Virus genome (UHGV): UHGV-1374671
Origin: a virus
Length of the DNA: 64,000 bases
Strand: one strand, 5' to 3'
Part shown: positions 39,025 to 47,926 of the stretch, piece after piece
Position numbering within the stretch: the stretch's first letter is position 1
Layout of the letters: every line of letters starts with the position of its first letter
Position numbers and translations under genes: made by a program
The notes under the pieces: generated by a model
Database searches by the model: none
What the model was told of the DNA's origin: nothing
Seen by the model: the letters and a program-made list of their open reading frames with translations, nothing else

Positions 39025-40981
39025 ACTCCTGCAGGAAGCCTGGGACGCCGACCGGGACTACTACGTCCTGGACAAGCCCACGCTCACCGACGAGGAGTAC
39101 GACAAACTCATTCGCAGCATAGAGGCCTATGAGATGCAGCACCCGGACGAGATCGATCCCAACAGCCCGACTCAGCGCATCGGCGGCAAGGTCTCAGGCG
39201 CGTTCCAGAAGGTAAAGCATCCGCAGAAGATGTTAAGCCTGAACAACGCGTTCACGCTGACAGAGCTTCAGCTGTTCGCCACCAAGGCCAACAGGACGGC
39301 GCCAGATGGTGTGACGTTCCTGGTGGAGCCGAAGCTGGACGGGCTCACGTTGGTCTGCTTCTACGAGGAAGGAAAGCTGATCAGGGCGGTAACCCGTGGC
39401 AACGGCGTAGAAGGAGAGGACGTCACCGCGACAGCCAGGACGATCCGCAATCTTCCGTTGACAGTTCCGTATGCCGAATCGTTCCAGGTGCGCGGCGAGT
39501 GCGTCATGCCCATCCAGGTGTTCATGGAGCTGAATGCGAAACTGACGGACGCCGGTGAGGAACCGTTCGCCAATCCCAGGAACGCGGCTGCCGGCAGCAT
39601 TCGGCAGAAGGATCCGGCATTGGCTGCCGAGCGCAGGTTGTCCGTGTGCTTCTACGATCTCATCAACGGACCGGCAGACCGGATTTATACTGAATCCGAC
39701 AAGCTGGACTGGATGGAGGAGATCGGACTGCCCACCGTGAGATCAGCGTCCGAGGCGTTCGAGGACATCGAGGGCGCCTTCGAGTTCTGCACCCAGTGTG
39801 GAAAGGTTCGCTCCGATATGCCTATCGAAATCGACGGCATGGTTATCAAGGTGAATCGCATCTTCGTACAGGACAAGATGGGAGTCGGAACCAAGTTCCC
39901 GAACTGGGCCGTGGCTTATAAGTTCCCTGCGGAGCACAAGGCGACCAGCCTGACCTCAGTCGAGTGGCAGGTGGGGCGCACCGGAAAGGTGACTCCCGTG
40001 GCAGTGGTGGACGCCGTCAACATGAACGGCATCTTGCTCACTCACGCCAGCCTTCACAACCCGGCCTACATTGAAGCCCTGGACCTTCGTATCGGGGACA
40101 AGGTGACGGTGTACAAGGCGGCTGAGATCATCCCGCAGGTAGGCACGGTACTGGAACACGGCGACGGGCAGAAGGTGAAGATCGCGGATCAGTGTCCCAG
40201 CTGCGGAACCAAACTGGTGCAGGACGGTGCCGATCTCATGTGCACGAATCCGAAGTGCATTGGACGCCTGGTCACCTGGCTGTACTATTTCGGAGCCAGG
40301 GCCAACATGTACATCAAGGGTCTCGGTGTTGCCGTTATCAAGCAGCTGGTGGACTCAGGTATGTGCAAGGATCCTGCAGATCTGTACGCGCTGACCAGGG
40401 ATCAGCTGCTGAAGCTGGACGGGTTCAGCGACAAGAAAGCTGACTCGCTGCTGGCCTCCATCCAGGAGTCCAAGGCGCGTCCGTACCACAGAGTGCTCGC
40501 ATCCCTGGGCATCGAGATGCTGGGCGATTCCACTGCCGTTGACGTGGCTGCCCAATTTCCCACCATGGAGGCCCTTCTGGCTGCGACTGTGTCCGACCTG
40601 ATGGAAATACCTGGGATCGCACAAAAGACAGCCACAGCGATCTATGCGGGCCTGCATGACGATTCCATGGAGGACATCATAACCAGACTCGGAAAACAGG
40701 GTCTGTCGATGGTCAGCGAGTCGTCCAAGGAGCCGCAGACGCTGTCCGGGCTTTCCATCTGCATCACCGGAACTCTCACCAGGGATCGTGATTCCTACAA
40801 GGACGAGATCCAGTCGCATGGTGGAAAATTCGCAACCTCGGTGTCATCCAAGACCAGCTACCTGGTCGTAGGCGAGAACGTTGGTGAAACAAAACTGACA
40901 AAAGCAAGGAAGCTCGGCATCCCGATGATATCGGAGGACCAGCTTCAGGAGTTGATCAAACATGGAAAACAACAAAATTGA
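39008..40981 (+). CDS. ligA: NAD-dependent DNA ligase (LigA), full length with C-terminal BRCT
   Basis: EPKLDGL (KxDG adenylation lysine); RGNGVEGEDVT; OB, Zn (CPSCGTKL...C..C), HhH and BRCT regions; start overlaps RT stop by 17 nt. Confidence 0.9.
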   Translation: MKTYSELLQEAWDADRDYYVLDKPTLTDEEYDKLIRSIEAYEMQHPDEIDPNSPTQRIGGKVSGAFQKVKHPQKMLSLNNAFTLTELQLFATKANRTAPDGVTFLVEPKLDGLTLVCFYEEGKLIRAVTRGNGVEGEDVTATARTIRNLPLTVPYAESFQVRGECVMPIQVFMELNAKLTDAGEEPFANPRNAAAGSIRQKDPALAAERRLSVCFYDLINGPADRIYTESDKLDWMEEIGLPTVRSASEAFEDIEGAFEFCTQCGKVRSDMPIEIDGMVIKVNRIFVQDKMGVGTKFPNWAVAYKFPAEHKATSLTSVEWQVGRTGKVTPVAVVDAVNMNGILLTHASLHNPAYIEALDLRIGDKVTVYKAAEIIPQVGTVLEHGDGQKVKIADQCPSCGTKLVQDGADLMCTNPKCIGRLVTWLYYFGARANMYIKGLGVAVIKQLVDSGMCKDPADLYALTRDQLLKLDGFSDKKADSLLASIQESKARPYHRVLASLGIEMLGDSTAVDVAAQFPTMEALLAATVSDLMEIPGIAQKTATAIYAGLHDDSMEDIITRLGKQGLSMVSESSKEPQTLSGLSICITGTLTRDRDSYKDEIQSHGGKFATSVSSKTSYLVVGENVGETKLTKARKLGIPMISEDQLQELIKHGKQQN

Positions 40982-41945
40982 ACTGGACGACATCACGCCG
41001 GCCTCGTTCGCGCATCTGATCGAGCGACGTGACGACATCCTCCTTCAGCACGGAGGTGTGGTTACCCGCATGTATTTCGACAAGGTCGAGCTGATGGATC
41101 TGGACGCTTTCCTTCAGCAGGAGGTGCCCAGGCTGAAGCGACAGCAGCAGGAGCTCACGATCATACGTGACTCCGTCAGCAAATCCGTCAGCCTGATTAC
41201 CGGAGACCAGGTGATCAAGTACCACCTCACGAACATGGAGGAGTGCTTCGCGGACGAGCTGGCCAAGCTGATCAAGGTGGATGAGGTGAAGACGTTCATC
41301 CCGGACATTCACTATCCGTTGATCGGGTATGTGGACAAGGCCGATTACAAGGTGATAACTGTTCTTATCGAGAACAAATCGTTCACGTACAGAACCAAGA
41401 TGTTCGGCGGCGATCAGAAGGAATACGCCACGCGTGTTCACCTTCCACCGATATGGCTGGCTGTCCGCGTCAACAGGGCCGGTACGGTTCTCGGGGCCAG
41501 GATCGCTGCAGTACCGGAGAAGTCGTTGAAGACGGAGGACACGGTGCTGTACCGGCTCCCGCTTCCGAACATACACGTCAACGGAGAACTGTGTCTTGGC
41601 ACAGCTGCAGTAAAGGACGCATTTGCGCACGTGGAGCAGCCTACTGATGGCATGATTATTCAGGTCGTTGTTGATCAGATCTTCAACAGTCTGTGGAACT
41701 ATGACCTTATAGATCGCGATCTCGCCGAAGTGGTGAATGACGCCTACAGGAAAGCGCGTGTCAACAACCGTGACGCGTTCGACTCGTTTATTTCATATGC
41801 TGCTGGTAACCAGGCTGTTGCGATGCAGATCCGTATTGTTGGAATCCTGACCGATCCCAATGGTTGGAAGTTATTGAAGTACCGCAAGATGAACAAATAC
41901 GGCGGTGGAGACAGGATGCCTGTTACGCAGTTTCTGGAGGGCTGA
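40962..41945 (+). CDS. hypothetical protein
   Basis: 327 aa ORF overlapping ligA end by 20 nt. Confidence 0.4.
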   Translation: MENNKIELDDITPASFAHLIERRDDILLQHGGVVTRMYFDKVELMDLDAFLQQEVPRLKRQQQELTIIRDSVSKSVSLITGDQVIKYHLTNMEECFADELAKLIKVDEVKTFIPDIHYPLIGYVDKADYKVITVLIENKSFTYRTKMFGGDQKEYATRVHLPPIWLAVRVNRAGTVLGARIAAVPEKSLKTEDTVLYRLPLPNIHVNGELCLGTAAVKDAFAHVEQPTDGMIIQVVVDQIFNSLWNYDLIDRDLAEVVNDAYRKARVNNRDAFDSFISYAAGNQAVAMQIRIVGILTDPNGWKLLKYRKMNKYGGGDRMPVTQFLEG

Positions 41946-41948
41946 CAG

Positions 41949-42188
41949 ATGCGGGAACCCTTGTTTAAAAGGAAGCGGCCGATCAGGGTCGTCCTGCAGC
42001 GCGCCCCGTATTACGGGTACGCTCCGATCGGCAAAGAGGGGAACAGCGGAATGAACGCGTTCAACGCAGCCTTCGAGCAGGCTGTGAAAGCCACCAAGAT
42101 GACGGTGATGGCCAACGCCATGAAACAAATCCAAAAAGAGGCCGAGCATGTAGACTCGGATCTCGATATCCGAACAATTGAGGTGTAA
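41949..42188 (+). CDS. small hypothetical protein
   Basis: 79 aa ORF filling the gap between neighbouring genes. Confidence 0.3.
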   Translation: MREPLFKRKRPIRVVLQRAPYYGYAPIGKEGNSGMNAFNAAFEQAVKATKMTVMANAMKQIQKEAEHVDSDLDIRTIEV

Positions 42189-43344
42189 GATGAGAAGTTA
42201 TCTGATTGGGAGCGACAGGTGTCTTGTGCACACCAAATCTCCCATGCTGGAAGGGTGGGAGCCTTGCAAGGACCTGGAGGTCATCAAGGCGTTCGCCCCC
42301 AAGTGCAACCCCAAGTACCAGCCTGGGATGGTCTGGGTAGGCAGCAAGATGCCGTCCGAGCTCTTCCAGAAGGTGCTTGGCACGTTTGCGCAGTTCCCGA
42401 AGATGGAAACAGCGTACTCGATCTATTACCGGCTCAGCGACAGAAGCTGGCACATTAAAGTTCCTTCCCAGTGCGGGGCAGGGGCGTCCGTGCAGTTCGA
42501 GGACAAGGGGGATGGCGTACCGGCAGGCTATGCTCTGATCGGGTCCATTCATACGCATCCAGAAATGGGTGCGTTCTGGAGCGGTACCGACATGAACGAC
42601 CAGAAAAGCAAGTACGGGCTGCATATGGTATTCGGTCTCAAGGACGGAAAGGTGGCTCATCACAAGTGCTCCATCTTCACTCCCACGGACAAGTATGACC
42701 AGGAGATCTGGAACGTGGTCGAGGAAACCGACTTGGACGCCGACTATGAAGCTCCCCCGGAGTGGGTCGAGAAGATCAGGGCCCAGGATTACAAGCCGGT
42801 GAGGCAGTCCTGGGTGCAGCCTCTTCCGTACGACGTTTCCGGCAAGTACAGGTCTCCGGGTCAGTTTATGCGACCCCGTTACAACGTCCTCAGGCCTGTC
42901 ACGTACACCTGGGATGCCGGCAGCGGCTGGCACAAGAATGATCCAGACGTGGCACAGCCCACTTGGGAAGCCGGCACTTTCTCTTATCATGAGCCTGACG
43001 TCAATGCCCAGGAGCAAGTGTCCGACGCTGTTCTGAAAGCGCGTAAGGAATTTGAGAACGCACTGGACGTCCTTGTATGCGAGGCCGACTCCGAATACGT
43101 TCAGGAACTTCTGGACAGCTACGGGTTCTCCACGATGGACATGGAAACCGGCGCCATTGCCGGCGACGACGAGGACATCTCCTGGGAGGAGTCCCTGGAC
43201 GAAGCTCTGGCAGTGGCTGCGGAGTTCGCCGACGCGGACCCCAACCCGGAGACCAGGGATACTATGCGGGCCATCCTGCAGAAGTACGGGTTTGTCAGTG
43301 TCCATGCTCTGGATGAACAGGAAGAGGAGGCTCCATCATGCTGA
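42178..43344 (+). CDS. JAB/MPN (JAMM) metallopeptidase-domain protein with acidic C-terminal region
   Basis: IGSIHTHPEMGAFWSGTDMND matches H-x-H-x7-S-x2-D JAMM zinc motif. Confidence 0.6.
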   Translation: MRCKMRSYLIGSDRCLVHTKSPMLEGWEPCKDLEVIKAFAPKCNPKYQPGMVWVGSKMPSELFQKVLGTFAQFPKMETAYSIYYRLSDRSWHIKVPSQCGAGASVQFEDKGDGVPAGYALIGSIHTHPEMGAFWSGTDMNDQKSKYGLHMVFGLKDGKVAHHKCSIFTPTDKYDQEIWNVVEETDLDADYEAPPEWVEKIRAQDYKPVRQSWVQPLPYDVSGKYRSPGQFMRPRYNVLRPVTYTWDAGSGWHKNDPDVAQPTWEAGTFSYHEPDVNAQEQVSDAVLKARKEFENALDVLVCEADSEYVQELLDSYGFSTMDMETGAIAGDDEDISWEESLDEALAVAAEFADADPNPETRDTMRAILQKYGFVSVHALDEQEEEAPSC

Positions 43345-44234
43345 ACATCTATGTGATCGGCTGTGGAGGCATCGGAGGGTACCTGACTGAGATGCTGCCG
43401 ATGGCGATCGCCAGTCTGTCCCTGGACATTCTCCAGAGCAAGGGCATGTCCATTCAGGCGTACTTGGACAAGGCCGGCAACATCGCACTGCCTTGTGTCG
43501 CTGACCGGCTCACTCTGGTAGACGGGGATATCTTCAACGCCAGGAACTCCCTGCGACAGGGAGCAGGCGCCGGCAGCAAATTGGCCCAGCGAATGCAGGA
43601 CATCCAGCACTCCGTGGTCAGGCTCAGCTATCTGCAGAACATGAAGCTAGTCGGGTATAACGCCTATGTGAACCCGGCCAACATGTCACAGATCATACCT
43701 GAGCATCCGGAAATCAACCCGGACAACGCGGACGCCGCCATGAAGTACGGTAGCGATAGGCCTGCAGACTGTCCGAGACTGTTGGACAACTCGGTAGTGT
43801 TCCTGTGCGTGGACAACCTCAAGACCAGGTACGAGGTTTCCAAGTACATGGAAAACTTCCAGAACTGCCTTGTCATCAATGGCGGGAATGAGAAGACCTC
43901 AGGACACGTCACTCTCTATGAGCGCCGGAACGGGGAAGCACTTGATCCCAACATCTACGACGTGTATCCCAACATCACACCGGACGCGGACAAGCGTCCC
44001 GACGAGGAGGCATGCACCGAGATGTCTCCCAAACACGATCAGATTGCGGTGACGAACAGCATCGTCGCCAACATCATGATAGCCAGCTTCAACCGGTGGG
44101 CCAGATCAGGACTGACCCAGACGGAGGGAACCGGCGAAAGAAAGCGCACGGTGCGCAAAAACGAGGTGATCATTGACACTGACAGGATGTCCATGATTTC
44201 CGTGTATCACCCGCTGGGAACGCCCAGCAAGTAA
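43338..44234 (+). CDS. ThiF/MoeB/E1-like adenylyltransferase
   Basis: Rossmann VIGCGGIGGYL; E1 signature LTLVDGDIFNARNSLRQ (h-D-x-D-x-V-x-x-S-N-L-x-R-Q). Confidence 0.65.
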   Translation: MLNIYVIGCGGIGGYLTEMLPMAIASLSLDILQSKGMSIQAYLDKAGNIALPCVADRLTLVDGDIFNARNSLRQGAGAGSKLAQRMQDIQHSVVRLSYLQNMKLVGYNAYVNPANMSQIIPEHPEINPDNADAAMKYGSDRPADCPRLLDNSVVFLCVDNLKTRYEVSKYMENFQNCLVINGGNEKTSGHVTLYERRNGEALDPNIYDVYPNITPDADKRPDEEACTEMSPKHDQIAVTNSIVANIMIASFNRWARSGLTQTEGTGERKRTVRKNEVIIDTDRMSMISVYHPLGTPSK

Positions 44235-44260
44235 CCAGGCAAACGAAAGGAAAAACAATC

Positions 44261-44689
44261 ATGCCTACCACCCTGTTCAACGTCTATTCCGACCGTACCC
44301 GTGACATCCAGCTGAATCCCGGCACCACTGTCGGGCAGCTTCGTCGCATTCTCAAGGAGGGCGGATACGACGTCGTCGAAGCAACCGCCCACGTGGATCG
44401 TGCCGACGGCAGCGTCCTGCATGGCTACGTGGACAACTACGTACTCAAGGAGGGCGATGGCGTTCGCTTCAACACCGTCGTTCATGAGTACCCCGCCGAG
44501 GACTACCTCCAGAAGCAGGAGGAAGCCCGCAAGGCGGCTCATGCCTGCACCTGCCACGAGTGCAAGTGCGACGCCGCCGAGCAGTCCGTCAGCGTCGATA
44601 CGCTGAAGTCCGGTGACCGCACCATTGTCGTCGGCAAGGCCAAGATCACCATGAACGGTGATACGGTCACCATCGTTATCGGCAAGTAA
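44261..44689 (+). CDS. ThiS/MoaD-like beta-grasp (ubiquitin-like) protein with Cys-rich C-terminal extension
   Basis: N-terminal ~75 aa follows a ThiS-like pattern (YVLKEGDGVRFNTVV); then CTCHECKC; no terminal GG. Confidence 0.4.
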   Translation: MPTTLFNVYSDRTRDIQLNPGTTVGQLRRILKEGGYDVVEATAHVDRADGSVLHGYVDNYVLKEGDGVRFNTVVHEYPAEDYLQKQEEARKAAHACTCHECKCDAAEQSVSVDTLKSGDRTIVVGKAKITMNGDTVTIVIGK

Positions 44690-44794
44690 ATGTCAGTCGA
44701 TAGAGTAAAAACAACGTCAACAACAAACAATCAAGTCATGGAGACGGGTATGGTATCCGTCTCCGAATCCAAAAACAAAGAAGGAAACAGTATC

Positions 44795-45382
44795 ATGAAA
44801 GAGATCATCATCAACGGCATCAACGGCGCTTCCATCAACTTCGCGGCGGAGGACAACACCACTCTGGCTCAGATCTGCGAGCACGAGACGGTCATGGCGT
44901 TCTTCGACGAGGAAGCCGATACCATCAAGGAGAGCCTGCTGGAGATGAACGGCGGTGACGTCAGCGCGTTCCGCTCCTCCCTGCTCACCGCTCAGCCGTC
45001 GGACGGTGACTCTCTCCTGTTCGATCTGGACGGAGAGGTTGAGGAGGATAACTCCGATGAGGACGGCGAGGATGGCGTGGTCGTCGTGGCCACCAGCGGC
45101 GGTCTGCAGACCACCAACGTGGACATCGTCTGCGGCCGCACCACGGTCCATGACGCGATTTACTGTGACGTGGTCCGTGCCCGCAGCGGTATGACCGACG
45201 CCCAGCTGTCGAACTGCACCATCCTCCTGAACGAGGAGGAGATCTCCGACGAGGTGTCCCGTACCCGCACTCTGCGCAACGGCGACACCATTACGCTGTC
45301 CGCCCGTGCTGCGTCTTCCAAGGGCAAGACCTCGAAGAAGGTCGGGTTGCTGAAGGCCTTTGTCAAGGTCGTCTGCCGGTAA
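44795..45382 (+). CDS. tandem ThiS-like beta-grasp protein (two Ubl domains, internal Gly-Gly sites)
   Basis: MKEIIINGINGASINFAAEDNTTLAQI (ThiS-like start); internal GG at LEMNGG and VVVATSGG; second domain ...TLRNGDTITLSARA; hairpin GGAGACGG/CCGTCTCC just upstream. Confidence 0.4.
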   Translation: MKEIIINGINGASINFAAEDNTTLAQICEHETVMAFFDEEADTIKESLLEMNGGDVSAFRSSLLTAQPSDGDSLLFDLDGEVEEDNSDEDGEDGVVVVATSGGLQTTNVDIVCGRTTVHDAIYCDVVRARSGMTDAQLSNCTILLNEEEISDEVSRTRTLRNGDTITLSARAASSKGKTSKKVGLLKAFVKVVCR

Positions 45383-45388
45383 CCAACC

Positions 45389-45907
45389 ATGGAGGACAGT
45401 CGGATGAGAACGTGGAAGATTGAGATCCCTTTGAGGGTTCGCTGTGTTCAGAGCACCAGAGGAGGGCGAGGTCATTTTCACGTCGATCCGGCTGTCCGCA
45501 AGTGGAAGGAAGCCATTGCTCCGTACATCCGTGCCTGCAGTCCTGGACGACCGTCCAAGATGCCTATCCGGGTGAAATCCTTCGTGTACTACTTCCGCTG
45601 CCCGAAATCGGCAAAGGCTCCCGTCGTCCGCTACATCAAGGACGGCGGCGAGGTCCCGTACATGGGCGTTGCAGACATCACGGACAACATGAACAAAGGT
45701 GTTGTGGACGTCTGCAAGGGAGTGGTGTTCGAGGACGATTCTCAGATATGGCACGTCTGCGGCATCAAGAAGTTGTATGGACTTACCGATCACATCTTGC
45801 TGGAGTTCGAGGAAACACCTGACGTTGTCCTGATCAACGGCAAAAGAGGAAGTTCTCTCAGTGACGATCAAGACGAGATTCAAGACGACACCTGCTCTCT
45901 TATCTGA
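45389..45907 (+). CDS. hypothetical protein (member of Ubl/E1/JAB gene cluster)
   Basis: 172 aa ORF directly after the Ubl genes. Confidence 0.4.
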   Translation: MEDSRMRTWKIEIPLRVRCVQSTRGGRGHFHVDPAVRKWKEAIAPYIRACSPGRPSKMPIRVKSFVYYFRCPKSAKAPVVRYIKDGGEVPYMGVADITDNMNKGVVDVCKGVVFEDDSQIWHVCGIKKLYGLTDHILLEFEETPDVVLINGKRGSSLSDDQDEIQDDTCSLI

Positions 45908-46343
45908 GAGAGGTGCGTTGCATGTCCTGGTTGACATGCTTTGGAAAAACGGAGAGTACACCCGATCAGAAGTGTACTCGCTCCTGTCCCGTATTCTGCA
46001 GCAAGACAACCCGGTGCACATCTCTGATCTTGATCACAGCGAGATGTTGAAGGTAAGCCTGCGGATACAGAGGATGTTGGAGCAGGACGGGATAGCGCCC
46101 TGCCGTCAGTGCAAGTTTTGCGGCGCCGAGTGCACAACGCTCGGTATGCGGATCTGCGCACTGACCGGCAGGCCTTTCTGCTATCGGTATCAGAACAGTG
46201 AATTGATGCTCGCTCCTTGCGAGCGATACACAGAGGCCAGACATGCGAAGATTCTGCAATCTGAAGAAGCCGTCATTTTCCGAGAGGAAAATCGTGTATA
46301 TGAACGTAATGGGGATACCGCTACCTGTTGCCGTTCCCAGTGA
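45861..46343 (+). CDS. Cys-rich hypothetical protein (zinc-ribbon-like CRQCKFCGAEC)
   Basis: start uncertain (45861 or 45936). Confidence 0.3.
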   Translation: MTIKTRFKTTPALLSERGALHVLVDMLWKNGEYTRSEVYSLLSRILQQDNPVHISDLDHSEMLKVSLRIQRMLEQDGIAPCRQCKFCGAECTTLGMRICALTGRPFCYRYQNSELMLAPCERYTEARHAKILQSEEAVIFREENRVYERNGDTATCCRSQ

Positions 46344-47469
46344 AAGAGAATTGGCCAAATACCAGGAGCAGGACTGCACGCTGGAAGATCTGCTGATTTT
46401 TCAGGTGTCAGAGCTCAATGCGACATTCCCCAATAACCCGTACCAGCTGCTGTGCAAGGCAATGGATCCGGTGCGTGATTCTTACTGGCTGCTCGGTAAA
46501 ACAGACTGTGAAGCTACACGCCGAATAAGGGGCGAGGTCGAGGCTTCCTGCGTGCGCAAATACAGAAGTTTCGTCCACATCTTTGATGGGCGTCTCTGGG
46601 GCAACGACCACATAGTGCGGGTAGACCGCACCTTAAGTGTGGCCGACTTCCGGGAGATGCTGAACCGGACGATTTACTACATCGACGGTAAGAGCGACCT
46701 GCCGAAGTGCGATCAGTTGCTTGGGTTGCCGTACAACGTCTCTCCGTCTACTGGAGATACATCTGCCGATGACATGCTGGATCAATCTTTCGTGTTCGTC
46801 GTTGACTGGTTTAAAGCCTGGTTCAGTTACCTGCAGATCGATGCGGTAAGCATGATGTGCGATTCCTTCAGCTCAAACGTGAAGTACGACGACCGTTATG
46901 TCAAGTCCTTTATCGGGCATTATCTGCTCGGTATCAAAGAGCCTGAACCTGATCCTGAGGCTGAGCCAGTCGAAGAGATCAGGACAGACGCTGAGGTACC
47001 GGAGGTTGAGAACCAACCCCAGGAGCCTGTTATTCAGCAGGAAGAAGAGGAAGTGCTCGATCCGGTTGTCTACCCGGATGGAATCCACATGCTGGAGACC
47101 ATGTCCGGCCAGGAACAGCAGTTCTTCCGGGTCAAGGCCGAGGCCACAGTCAACTTCAGCATGCAATTCAGCTTCACGGAGCACTACCTGAAGCAGTACG
47201 TCGACACATTCAACGCAACGCTCGCTCCGGCAGGAGTCACAGTCAGGGCGACAGGCGCGAACTTCGCCTGTGTCGAGTTCGATCGCCTGGAGGTGTGCGA
47301 CGGATATCCGACAGCCGAGTCCATGAACTTTGAGAGCATCAAGGAGAAGGCGGCGTTGGTGGACATGATCTACAAGATTTTGGTCGACATGCACCGGCGC
47401 AACCGGCTGTACAAGCAGGTCGTAGCCACAGGCAAAACCCAGTTGCTCGATGGAGCACAGAAAGGATGA
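46300..47469 (+). CDS. hypothetical acidic protein
   Basis: ATG at 46300 with GAGGAAAA RBS; frame start 46243. Confidence 0.4.
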   Translation: MNVMGIPLPVAVPSERELAKYQEQDCTLEDLLIFQVSELNATFPNNPYQLLCKAMDPVRDSYWLLGKTDCEATRRIRGEVEASCVRKYRSFVHIFDGRLWGNDHIVRVDRTLSVADFREMLNRTIYYIDGKSDLPKCDQLLGLPYNVSPSTGDTSADDMLDQSFVFVVDWFKAWFSYLQIDAVSMMCDSFSSNVKYDDRYVKSFIGHYLLGIKEPEPDPEAEPVEEIRTDAEVPEVENQPQEPVIQQEEEEVLDPVVYPDGIHMLETMSGQEQQFFRVKAEATVNFSMQFSFTEHYLKQYVDTFNATLAPAGVTVRATGANFACVEFDRLEVCDGYPTAESMNFESIKEKAALVDMIYKILVDMHRRNRLYKQVVATGKTQLLDGAQKG

Positions 47470-47470
47470 G

Positions 47471-47926
47471 ATGATTCTTCTGTTCACAGATGGAAGCGCC
47501 ATCCGGAATCCTGGGCCGTCAGGTTGGGCGTGGGTCGCCGTCCGGGAAGGACAGCGACTCGCCTATCATGCCGGCTACATTCCGAACGGCACCAACAACC
47601 GGGGAGAGCTCACGGCCGCCATCAACGCATTGAAGTTCGTTTCCGGCATCCGTGGGCAGTACCCGAATGAGCGCATCGTTCTGGTGTCTGACAGCCGGTA
47701 TGTCATCGGCGGGCTCAGTCAGTGCGACGAATGGGCTGTGGAGCCGGGAAAGCCGAACTCCGATCTGTGGGAGCAGGCCTACGATGCGCTTTTGAATGTC
47801 GGATGCCCGATCTCCATGAAATGGGTGAGAGGGCATACCGGAAACAAGAACAACGAACTTTGTGACCGGCTGGCCAGGAACGCGGCCAAGACCGGTGAGG
47901 AGGATCAATGGCGGCTTTCCAAATGA
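47471..47926 (+). CDS. rnhA: ribonuclease HI
   Basis: TDGSAIRNPGPSG (Asp); NRGELTA (Glu); VSDSRYV (Asp); WVRGHTGNKNNELCDRLA (His/Asp). Confidence 0.8.
   Translation: MILLFTDGSAIRNPGPSGWAWVAVREGQRLAYHAGYIPNGTNNRGELTAAINALKFVSGIRGQYPNERIVLVSDSRYVIGGLSQCDEWAVEPGKPNSDLWEQAYDALLNVGCPISMKWVRGHTGNKNNELCDRLARNAAKTGEEDQWRLSK

Noticed and set aside
44690-44794. Upstream in-frame starts (44690, 44737) for the tandem-Ubl gene
   Set aside because: They would place a strong 8-bp hairpin (GGAGACGG/CCGTCTCC) inside the coding region and lack an RBS; the ATG at 44795 has an AAGGAAA RBS.
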